Position numbers and translations under genes: made by a program
NCBI GenBank assembly: GCA_045660765.1
Contig: JAZREK010000070.1
Span: forward strand, 1 to 63,343
Source of the DNA: Clostridia bacterium
Lineage (GTDB): Bacteria > Bacillota > Clostridia > UMGS1883
Direction of reading: 5' to 3'
DNA length: 63,343 nt
Shown: positions 7,884 to 14,998 of the stretch, in pieces
How the letters are laid out: every line of letters starts with the position of its first letter
How positions within the stretch are numbered: position 1 is the stretch's first letter
The notes under the pieces: generated by a model
The model's input: the letters and a program-made list of their open reading frames with translations, nothing else
What the model was told of the DNA's origin: nothing
The model's database searches: none

Positions 7884-8322
7884 ATTCATACCTCCCTGAA
7901 TTTTGGGTATATTCATAATCCGCCGATGTTTCAGTACAATGTTCTGTCGCAGAAGCAAGCTCTTCTCCATTTGCCTGCGTCATTGCAAGAAATATCGTAA
8001 GCATTATTATCAAAACAACAAGAACTACCATAAGTGCCGTTATGCAACCCGACTTTGAATCCGGCTCCGCAGGTGGTGTTCCATCCATGTCCCTGAACGT
8101 CCTTCCCACGGGGTAATCCGCCCTTCTCATCACAGGGGTGTGGGCTTCGGGTCTTTTTACTACCGGCGTCGGAGTCCATCTCCTTAAAATAGTGGCGTCG
8201 GCACTTTTAGCACCGCCACATACAGCACAATTTCCGAGAGACATACTGTTTTCTGCATCGCATATCGGACATTGCCATTCGTCGGCACTTCTTTTATATT
8301 CCAATATTACATTTGTCGCCAT
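7873..8322 (-). CDS. single-pass membrane protein with an N-terminal RanBP2-type zinc finger
   Basis: WQCPICDAENSMSLGNCAVCG fits W-x-C-x2-C-x3-N-x6-C-x2-C exactly. TM ITALMVVLVVLIIMLTIFLAM. First gene of the operon. Confidence 0.7.
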   Translation of the reverse strand: MATNVILEYKRSADEWQCPICDAENSMSLGNCAVCGGAKSADATILRRWTPTPVVKRPEAHTPVMRRADYPVGRTFRDMDGTPPAEPDSKSGCITALMVVLVVLIIMLTIFLAMTQANGEELASATEHCTETSADYEYTQNSGRYEYVL

Positions 8323-8365
8323 GTTTCCGCGCTCCTATGTTGTAATTTGAGTTTTTACCTCTTTA

Positions 8366-8394
8366 TTATACAAATTTTTACATAATATGTCAAC
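8366..8394 (-). promoter_or_regulatory. consensus sigma-A promoter of the six-gene operon
   Basis: On the minus strand, TTGACA, 17 nt, TATAAT: both hexamers perfect. Confidence 0.7.
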
Positions 8395-8416
8395 AAGAAA
8401 GCAATAACAAAAAAAC

Positions 8417-8473
8417 GCAAAAAAGAAATGACCCTTGATTGCTTTTATCACCTGCAACCAAGGGTCATCTGTG
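8417..8473 (-). repeat. 57-bp direct repeat L, which doubles as the terminator of gene 8497..9825
   Basis: gcaaaaaagaaatgacccttgattgcttttatcacctgcaaccaagggtcatct. Minus-strand stem gacccttg/caagggtc followed by TTTCTTTTTT. Near-identical copy at 9875-9930. Confidence 0.8.
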
Positions 8474-8496
8474 TTTTTTACTTCCTGTATTCTTTA

Positions 8497-9825
8497 TCAG
8501 CCCGCGAGCATAAAGTAAGGTTCATTAAGCTCGTAAGTTTTCCATGTTACATATATCCAACCTGCCTGACCGTTTGTTTTCTGGATATATATATAGTCCT
8601 TACCATTATCGTACAGGACGCGGAAATAATCGCCCTTGTTTATAACAACGCCGTCTCCGTAATAGGTTGTGTACGCTTTGATATATCCTTTATCCCACAT
8701 ATCAATTTCATACTGCGAATATCGGTTATCCATATCACCCAAGCTATATTCGTTGGGCAAAACGGTGTAGTACGCGGGGACAATTTCTTCAAAATAGCCA
8801 TTTGAATTTCGTTGATAAGTCGCCTTTACATGCCACATACCCAAGCTAGGTGTCTGCTCTTTAAAAGTCAGTGTGCCATCATCATTAACATTGAAATAAT
8901 GATTTTCAACATACCCTGTCCAATGCTCGTCCAACACACGATATTTTTCATCATAGCGGTCATAGTACCTGAACTTGTACTGTGTGAGATTTTTGTCAAA
9001 TCTCATAATTCTTGCAACAGGGTCACCGCTTACCTCAACGGTAATGACAACCAGATCCTTAACTCCGTCAGTTAAATCAATGTCGCAAAGATAGATGCTG
9101 TCAAGCACTGCATCATAGCCTGTTATGTGTTTGGTGTAATTTCCTACTCTTACCGCTATGTCTGTTTCGTATTGGTTTTCAGTAAGGGTAACATTCACTT
9201 CTTCTTTTACTCCGTCAAAATCAAAATCATACCAGCCGTTATATTTTTTCTTGAGCAAATTATAATCTTCAACCTGTTCAAATATTTTCACTGTACGCTT
9301 TTCAGGAATTTTGTACTCGGCCATATCTTTTCCTGCTATCCACGCCTGTGCCGCACGCGCATTTCCGTCCCATGTATAGCCGTCCATATATTTTCCGAAC
9401 TGATCTATTACAATCATTGTTCTGCCGTTAACATTGAAAGAAGTAACCTTGTTCCCGTTAACATAGGTTTTTATATCGGTATACAAAACATCTGTAAAAT
9501 ACTCGCCTGTTTCCTTTGATGTTTTATACACAAGTTGAGATGAGAAACCACCACTTCCTGCAGATTTTGTGATGTTTAAAGTTCTGCTTGAGTCGTCATA
9601 AACCACATCACATCCGTAATTTTTGAGGTCTTCGGCGATAATAACCGCGTAATTATTGATTACATACGATTGCATAGGATAGTTGTTTACATATGCTGTA
9701 ATATCGCTGTAAACGGCTTCCCCGATTTTTTCGCCGACCTGAGCTGCCCCAACGGAAATTGTCATCGCCAGAAGGAGCAGAAATGTAATAACGAAAACTT
9801 TTTTCACTAAAACCAACCCTTTCAT
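8497..9825 (-). CDS. secreted protein with two tandem ~55-aa stalk-like repeats and a C-terminal beta-rich domain
   Basis: Signal peptide MKGLVLVKKVFVITFLLLLAMTISVGAAQV. Repeats ITAYVNNYPMQSYVINNYAVIIAEDLKNYGCDVVYDDSSRTLNI and IKTYVNGNKVTSFNVNGRTMIVIDQFGKYMDGYTWDGNARAAQAWI. Start moved to the ATG at 9825. Confidence 0.65.
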   Translation of the reverse strand: MKGLVLVKKVFVITFLLLLAMTISVGAAQVGEKIGEAVYSDITAYVNNYPMQSYVINNYAVIIAEDLKNYGCDVVYDDSSRTLNITKSAGSGGFSSQLVYKTSKETGEYFTDVLYTDIKTYVNGNKVTSFNVNGRTMIVIDQFGKYMDGYTWDGNARAAQAWIAGKDMAEYKIPEKRTVKIFEQVEDYNLLKKKYNGWYDFDFDGVKEEVNVTLTENQYETDIAVRVGNYTKHITGYDAVLDSIYLCDIDLTDGVKDLVVITVEVSGDPVARIMRFDKNLTQYKFRYYDRYDEKYRVLDEHWTGYVENHYFNVNDDGTLTFKEQTPSLGMWHVKATYQRNSNGYFEEIVPAYYTVLPNEYSLGDMDNRYSQYEIDMWDKGYIKAYTTYYGDGVVINKGDYFRVLYDNGKDYIYIQKTNGQAGWIYVTWKTYELNEPYFMLAG

Positions 9826-9839
9826 AGTTTTATATATAA

Positions 9840-9867
9840 ATTGTATCATATCATAAAATTCTGTCAA
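9840..9867 (-). promoter_or_regulatory. sigma-A-type promoter for gene 8497..9825
   Basis: Minus strand TTGACA, 16 nt, TACAAT, with TGa immediately upstream of the -10. Confidence 0.6.
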
Positions 9868-9874
9868 TACAAAA

Positions 9875-9930
9875 GCAAAAAGAAATGACCCTTGATTGCT
9901 TTTATTACCTGCAACCAAGGGTCATCTCTG
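9875..9930 (-). repeat. 57-bp direct repeat R (second copy of the terminator hairpin)
   Basis: gcaaaaagaaatgacccttgattgcttttattacctgcaaccaagggtcatct differs from copy L by about 3 positions. Confidence 0.8.
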
Positions 9931-10399
9931 TTCACTCTTGATATCTAACATCTTTTGTTATCCTCTCTTTCTGTTGTCTGTCCTTTGCACTCTTTTTAAT
10001 CTTCAACTTTTCTTTTTAATCTACTTCTCTAAGGAGATGCCTTGTGAAAATGTTTTTATTCTATGCAAAAGACGAATTTTTGAAGGTTACATCTGATTCA
10101 AACCCTATTCCGTTCCTTTCATAACGGATTATCTATATTAAACGTTACACCGTCGTGTTTTATTATTACTTACTACTTACCGTGGGTTTGAATTATTCAG
10201 TTTCCTTCGGATTTGAAAGTTTGTCTTACTCTTCCATCGGAGTGTACCTCCCTTTCCTTGATTCAAGTATAACATCCTGTAAACCCCTATTTCAATAGGC
10301 ATTTTCCGAAAATAGACAGGCCTTTTTTTGTGTAATGAGGAGAAAATTTTTCGTACAATCAAAAAAGTATTTACAAACGTATTTTCAGTATGATATTAT

Positions 10400-10441
10400 A
10401 AAAGGGTAGGCGGGCCAAATTTTGGTCCGCCTACCCTTTTT
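10400..10441 (-). terminator. intrinsic terminator after the MATE gene
   Basis: aagggtaggcgg-gccaaattttgg-tccgcctaccctt, a 12-bp stem with flanking A/T runs. Confidence 0.7.
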
Positions 10442-11827
10442 TTATTTCAAAGTATTTATTTCGTTTTTATAAATTTTCTTCATAAAGACAGAAGACATCG
10501 CAAGTGATGCTATTTCAGCAGTCGGGAACGAAAGCCACATCAGTGTTATATCGCGTGTGAAATACGCAATCAAAAACGCTACGGGAACAAGAACGCCGAG
10601 CTGTCTTAAAACCGACACGATAAGGCTGAGCATACCCTTGCCGAGCGCCTGGAATACGCTACCTGCAACGATACAGTAACCTGCCGCGATGAAACTTAAT
10701 GAAATAAAGCGCATCATCGGTTTTCCGATGCGGATAATTTCCTTCATATCGTCTCCGCCTGTATCGAATATACGAAGCAGTGCCTCGGGCACTATCTGGA
10801 ACGCCAAAAGTCCTACTGCCATAATCGAGCACGCGTATATAACGGAAAGTTTTATCGTCTTTTTGATTCTGTCGGGATTTTTAGCACCGAAGTTATACGC
10901 CACTATCGGCACCATAGAGTTATTAAGACCGAAAATAGGCATAAACACAAAGCTCTGAAGCTTGAAATAAATGCCGAAAACAGCCTGACCTGTTGCGGCG
11001 ATACCTGCGCTGAAAAGGCGCATTGTCTGATTTATGCACACATTCATAACACTACCGATTGATGCCATGCAGATTGAAGGAACGCCGACTGCATAAATTC
11101 TTTTTATTATTTCACCGTTGGGTTTTGCACAACCTTTAACGGTTACTTTTATTTCGTGGTTGAATTTCGCGTTTATTATTACGCCTACACCAAGTGCGAC
11201 GAGCTGACCGATTACTGTTGCGTATGCCGCACCTTTAACGCCCATTGCAGGCATTCCGAAAAGACCGAAAATCATAATGGGGTCAAGGACGATATTTGTG
11301 ATTGCACCTATAAGCTGTACCACCATGCTGTATGCGGTTTTGCCTGTTGATTGCAAAAGTTTTTCAAACATTACCTGACCGAATAATCCATACGAGAAAA
11401 TCATACATACGCTTAAATAATCAGTTCCGAGTTTAACCACAGCTTTACTGCTGCCGAAAGATGCGAAGAAAGGCTTTACAACGGTAAACCCGAGTATCAT
11501 TACGACAAAAGCACTTACCATCGAGAGGAAAACGCCGTTTTCGGCAACCTTATTCGCGCGGTCAAAATTCTTTTCGCCGAGACTTCTTGACAAAAGTGCA
11601 TTTACACCAACACCCGTTCCCACGCTGACTGCGATAAGAAGGTTCTGCACAGGAAACGCAAGCGAAAGTGCTGTCAGCGCGTCCTGACCGAGTTTTGACA
11701 CGAACATTGTGTCTACAATATTATAAAGCGCCTGAACAAGCATAGAAATCATCATCGGGATTGCCATGCCTAAAAGAAGCGAATTTACGCTCTGTGTTCC
11801 CATTTTGTTTTCTCTTGTGTTTTGCAT
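10442..11827 (-). CDS. MATE-family multidrug efflux transporter
   Basis: 461 aa with 12 predicted TM segments. N-terminus LLLGMAIPMMISMLVQALYNIVDTMFVSKLG is typical of MATE/NorM proteins. Confidence 0.85.
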   Translation of the reverse strand: MQNTRENKMGTQSVNSLLLGMAIPMMISMLVQALYNIVDTMFVSKLGQDALTALSLAFPVQNLLIAVSVGTGVGVNALLSRSLGEKNFDRANKVAENGVFLSMVSAFVVMILGFTVVKPFFASFGSSKAVVKLGTDYLSVCMIFSYGLFGQVMFEKLLQSTGKTAYSMVVQLIGAITNIVLDPIMIFGLFGMPAMGVKGAAYATVIGQLVALGVGVIINAKFNHEIKVTVKGCAKPNGEIIKRIYAVGVPSICMASIGSVMNVCINQTMRLFSAGIAATGQAVFGIYFKLQSFVFMPIFGLNNSMVPIVAYNFGAKNPDRIKKTIKLSVIYACSIMAVGLLAFQIVPEALLRIFDTGGDDMKEIIRIGKPMMRFISLSFIAAGYCIVAGSVFQALGKGMLSLIVSVLRQLGVLVPVAFLIAYFTRDITLMWLSFPTAEIASLAMSSVFMKKIYKNEINTLK

Positions 11828-11830
11828 TTT

Positions 11831-12658
11831 TTACACCTCAAAAGTGATTTTTCCGTTATCTAAATCTTCTATTATTTTTGCTATTGCACTTTCTTCGTTG
11901 GAAACTGTTACTATATCCGCAACGTTTTTCGCATTATCGGTAGCGTTTGAAACAGCGACACCGACACCTGCTTTTTTTATAAGAGAAATATCGTTGTCGT
12001 TATCGCCTATACCGATAGTTCTTTTTATGTCTATTCCTTTTATTTTTGCAATTTCGATAAGGTGTCCACCCTTATCAAGCCCCTTGGGAAGCATCTCCAG
12101 ATATTCATAAAAAGAGCGCACGAACTGAAATTTCTCCGAAATCGGCTCTTTTTCAAAAAGAGCGCGTAATTCTCCAAGTTTATCCCCATCTGTATGCGCG
12201 AAAAGAGCCTTTGCAAGCGGACCTTTGACTTCGCTGTAATGGCACCTTAAATCACGGTATCCTGCTGATTTTATATGACGCTCCATCGAAGGGTTGGTTT
12301 TACAGAAATAACTGTTTTCGTATGTACAAAGCTCGATTGCCATATCGGGCATTTTTTCATCTACAAGGCGCACAAGATCCATTGCTTCATCAGGAAGGGT
12401 GTTCCTTGAAATGAACTCGCCCTTTTCACCGTCGTAGATCGCACCGCCATTAAAACAACCGACGGGGGCATTTGGTTTTAATATATCGTAAATATGTCCT
12501 ACAACAATAATACTACGACCTGTTATGAAAGTAAATATTCCGCCGTTTTCCTTGAAATATTCAATCGCCGAAAGGTTTTCGGGAGAAATCGATTTATCGT
12601 GGCAAAGAAGAGTTGCATCAAGGTCTGTCGCTATTAAAATTCCGTCAAATTTCCCCAT
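11831..12658 (-). CDS. Cof-type HAD-IIB phosphatase
   Basis: DLDATLL nucleophile motif, FITGRS and GIGDNDNDISL. Start reset to MGKFDG (ATG 12658, AAAGGAG RBS) because the longer ORF runs through the tRNA gene. Confidence 0.85.
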   Translation of the reverse strand: MGKFDGILIATDLDATLLCHDKSISPENLSAIEYFKENGGIFTFITGRSIIVVGHIYDILKPNAPVGCFNGGAIYDGEKGEFISRNTLPDEAMDLVRLVDEKMPDMAIELCTYENSYFCKTNPSMERHIKSAGYRDLRCHYSEVKGPLAKALFAHTDGDKLGELRALFEKEPISEKFQFVRSFYEYLEMLPKGLDKGGHLIEIAKIKGIDIKRTIGIGDNDNDISLIKKAGVGVAVSNATDNAKNVADIVTVSNEESAIAKIIEDLDNGKITFEV

Positions 12659-12685
12659 AAAACGCGCTCCTTTCAGGTGTTTTTT

Positions 12686-12721
12686 CAATAAAAAAGGCAA
12701 TCGACTAAACGATTGCCTTTT
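12686..12721 (-). terminator. intrinsic terminator immediately after tRNA-Pro
   Basis: Minus strand aaggcaatcg-tttagt-cgattgcctt followed by TTTTTTAT. Confidence 0.7.
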
Positions 12722-12722
12722 C

Positions 12723-12799
12723 TGGTCTGAGTGGGGAGACTTGAACTCCCGGCCTCTTGAACCCCATTCAAGCACGCTACCAAACTGCGCTACACCCAG
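12723..12799 (-). tRNA. tRNA-Pro (anticodon GGG)
   Basis: 77-nt cloverleaf CTGGGTG-TA-GCGC-AGTTTGGTA-GCGT-G-CTTGA-ATGGGGT-TCAAG-AGGCC-GGGAG-TTCAAGT-CTCCC-CACTCAG-A-CCA. C1:G72 and G37 are typical of tRNA-Pro; CCA is encoded. Confidence 0.9.
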
Positions 12800-12814
12800 A
12801 TACGTTACTTGCCT

Positions 12815-12843
12815 ATTATAACGAATGGTTTGCCACTTGTCAA
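12815..12843 (-). promoter_or_regulatory. consensus sigma-A promoter for tRNA-Pro
   Basis: Minus strand TTGACA, 17 nt, TATAAT, ending 15 nt upstream of the tRNA 5' end. Confidence 0.7.
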
Positions 12844-12898
12844 GCAATTTTTTAAAAATATTTGATTTTTCGTTATTTGTGAACAAAGTTTAAAAAGG

Positions 12899-12928
12899 TT
12901 GACTAAATTCCTACATATATGATATAAT
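12899..12928 (+). promoter_or_regulatory. sigma-A promoter for the yicC-remA-gmk-rpoZ-priA block
   Basis: TTGACT, 18 nt, TATAAT, with TGa just upstream of the -10. Confidence 0.55.
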
Positions 12929-12979
12929 GTAAAATAATTATGGGGATTTATACCCTTTTGTTAGATTGGAGTTTTTCAA

Positions 12980-13858
12980 ATGATAAAAAGTATGACAGGC
13001 TACGGAAGCGGAAAGGCAGAGCTTGGAAGCAAGACCTTTACCGTTGAAATCAAGTCAGTAAATTCGCGTTACAGCGATTTTTCAATAAAGATGCCCCGCA
13101 TCTACACATTCCTTGAAGATGCTATGAGAAAGGCGGCATCTGCACGCATCAATCGTGGTAAGGTTGACATTTACTTAAACGTTGAAACTTCCGGTGAAGA
13201 TGACAGCGTGGTAAAGGTTAATACCGCACTTGCAAAGGAATATCTTGAAGGGCTTCGCACTCTTTCGGAGGAGCTTGAAATTCCAAGTAATGCCAATGCT
13301 GAAACATTCCTTCGTATCGCTGATGTATTCACCGTTGATAAGGCCCCTGTTGATGAGGAGCTTATCAAAGAAGCGGTTTTAAGCGCTCTTTCAGGTGCAC
13401 TTGACAATTTCGACAGCATGCGAATTGTTGAAGGCGAAAGTCTTAAAAAAGACCTTCTTGAGCATCTTGCATTCATTGCAACTGCAACAGAAGAAGTTGA
13501 AAAACGTTCTCCCGAAATCGTAAATGAATACCGCGCAAGAATTGAAGAAAGAATGCGCGACATTTTAGGCAGTGCCACATACGACCAGTCAAGACTTCTT
13601 ACAGAAGTTGCAATTTTTGCAGACAAGGTTAACGTTAACGAAGAAACAGTTCGTCTCAGAAGCCATGTTGAGCAGTTTACAAATATGCTTGAAGAAGGCG
13701 GCTGTGTCGGCAGAAAAATTGACTTTTTGATTCAGCAAATGAATCGTGAAATCAACACAATCGGCAGTAAGTCACAGGATCTTGACGTAGCAAGAATCGT
13801 TATTGACGTAAAAGCAGAAATCGAAAAACTGCGCGAGCAGATTCAGAATGTGGAGTAA
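12980..13858 (+). CDS. yicC: YicC-family stress-induced protein
   Basis: N-terminal MTGYG and C-terminal [19 protein letters not shown] are hallmarks of the YicC family. Confidence 0.85.
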   Translation: MIKSMTGYGSGKAELGSKTFTVEIKSVNSRYSDFSIKMPRIYTFLEDAMRKAASARINRGKVDIYLNVETSGEDDSVVKVNTALAKEYLEGLRTLSEELEIPSNANAETFLRIADVFTVDKAPVDEELIKEAVLSALSGALDNFDSMRIVEGESLKKDLLEHLAFIATATEEVEKRSPEIVNEYRARIEERMRDILGSATYDQSRLLTEVAIFADKVNVNEETVRLRSHVEQFTNMLEEGGCVGRKIDFLIQQMNREINTIGSKSQDLDVARIVIDVKAEIEKLREQIQNVE

Positions 13859-13863
13859 TTATT

Positions 13864-14121
13864 ATGAAACTAATCAATGTCGGTTTTGGTAATCTTGTTT
13901 CGGATGAAAGAATTGTCAGCATCGTCCTTCCGGAAAGCGCTCCCGTAAAGCGTATTGCCCAGGAGGCACGCGAAAACGGTATGCTTATTGACGCAACATA
14001 CGGCAGAAAAACAAAGAGCGTTATCGTAATGGACAGCGAACACGTGGTTCTTTCCGCACTTTCCCCCGAAGCGATTGCACAACGTCACGGAGATATCGTT
14101 TCCGAAGAAGAAACAGAATAA
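13864..14121 (+). CDS. remA: RemA/DUF370 family regulator
   Basis: [58 protein letters not shown] matches the RemA (YlzA) pattern. Conserved position between yicC and gmk. Confidence 0.85.
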   Translation: MKLINVGFGNLVSDERIVSIVLPESAPVKRIAQEARENGMLIDATYGRKTKSVIVMDSEHVVLSALSPEAIAQRHGDIVSEEETE

Positions 14122-14132
14122 GGGTGATACAT

Positions 14133-14744
14133 ATGAAAAATAAAGGATTGCTCATTGTTGTTTCAGGTCCGTCAGGGGCAGGCAAAGGAACAATATGTAC
14201 AGAATTTATGAAAACACACACAGATTGCGCGCTTTCCGTATCGGCAACAACACGCGCACCGCGCGAAGGGGAAAAACACGGCGTTAATTACTACTTCCTT
14301 TCGCACGATGAGTTCAGAAAAAGAATTGACGAAGACGGATTTTTGGAACACGCCGTTTTCTGTGAAAATTATTACGGAACTCCCAAAGCTGAAGTTATGG
14401 ATATGATTGAAAGCGGGAAAAACGTAATTCTTGAAATCGAGGTGCAAGGTGCTCTTCAGGTAAGAAGCCATTATCCCGAAGCGGTGTTTGTATTCGTTAT
14501 CCCCCCATCCATCGAGGAGCTTGAAAATCGTCTCCGCGGAAGAGGAACGGAAACAGACGAAGTTATCGCTAAAAGACTTGAAAGAGCAAAGGATGAATTT
14601 AAATATATTTCCAAATATAACTACATCCTCACAAATGACACAGTTAATGATGCAGTTAATCGCCTTGACGCGATTATAACTGCTGAAAAATGCGTGATGT
14701 CACGCAATTATAAAAATATAGAAGAAAATTTTATAGAAAGGTAA
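14133..14744 (+). CDS. gmk: guanylate kinase
   Basis: P-loop GPSGAGKGT and TTRAPREGE. Start at the ATG 5 nt after AAGGGTGA; a GTG at 14124 is also possible. Confidence 0.9.
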   Translation: MKNKGLLIVVSGPSGAGKGTICTEFMKTHTDCALSVSATTRAPREGEKHGVNYYFLSHDEFRKRIDEDGFLEHAVFCENYYGTPKAEVMDMIESGKNVILEIEVQGALQVRSHYPEAVFVFVIPPSIEELENRLRGRGTETDEVIAKRLERAKDEFKYISKYNYILTNDTVNDAVNRLDAIITAEKCVMSRNYKNIEENFIER

Positions 14745-14753
14745 TGATAAAAA

Positions 14754-14996
14754 ATGTTGTATCCTGAAATTGACAAACTTATGGAGGGACTTGATTCCCG
14801 CTACTCACTCGTTGTAATGACTGCTAAGCGTGCTCGCCAGCTCGTTACCGACACAGAAAGCGACAAGACTGTTTCACACGCAATCTCTGAAATTGCAGAA
14901 GGCAAAATCAAGTGCGTGAAAGGCAGTGCAGAACAGAGATTTTCTGATGCTATCGCTGAATTTGAAGCAAATAAGGAAGAAACTATCGAGGAATAA
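14754..14996 (+). CDS. rpoZ: DNA-directed RNA polymerase subunit omega
   Basis: SRYSLVVMTAKRARQL motif, 80 aa, gmk-rpoZ synteny. Confidence 0.85.
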   Translation: MLYPEIDKLMEGLDSRYSLVVMTAKRARQLVTDTESDKTVSHAISEIAEGKIKCVKGSAEQRFSDAIAEFEANKEETIEE

Positions 14997-14998
14997 TT

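Noticed and set aside
8372-8402. A dif-like Xer site, because rc reads ..CATATTATGTAAAAAT.., resembling the TTATGTAAACT arm of Firmicute dif.
   Set aside because: Only one arm matches, and the other arm scores about 6 of 11. The segment is fully explained as the spacer of the TTGACA-17-TATAAT promoter.
12659-12886. A 76-codon N-terminal extension of the HAD phosphatase ORF (track ORF 11831..12886).
   Set aside because: The extension reads straight through the tRNA-Pro gene and its terminator. A proper ATG with an AAAGGAG RBS at 12658 starts exactly at the conserved DLDATLL-containing N-terminus.
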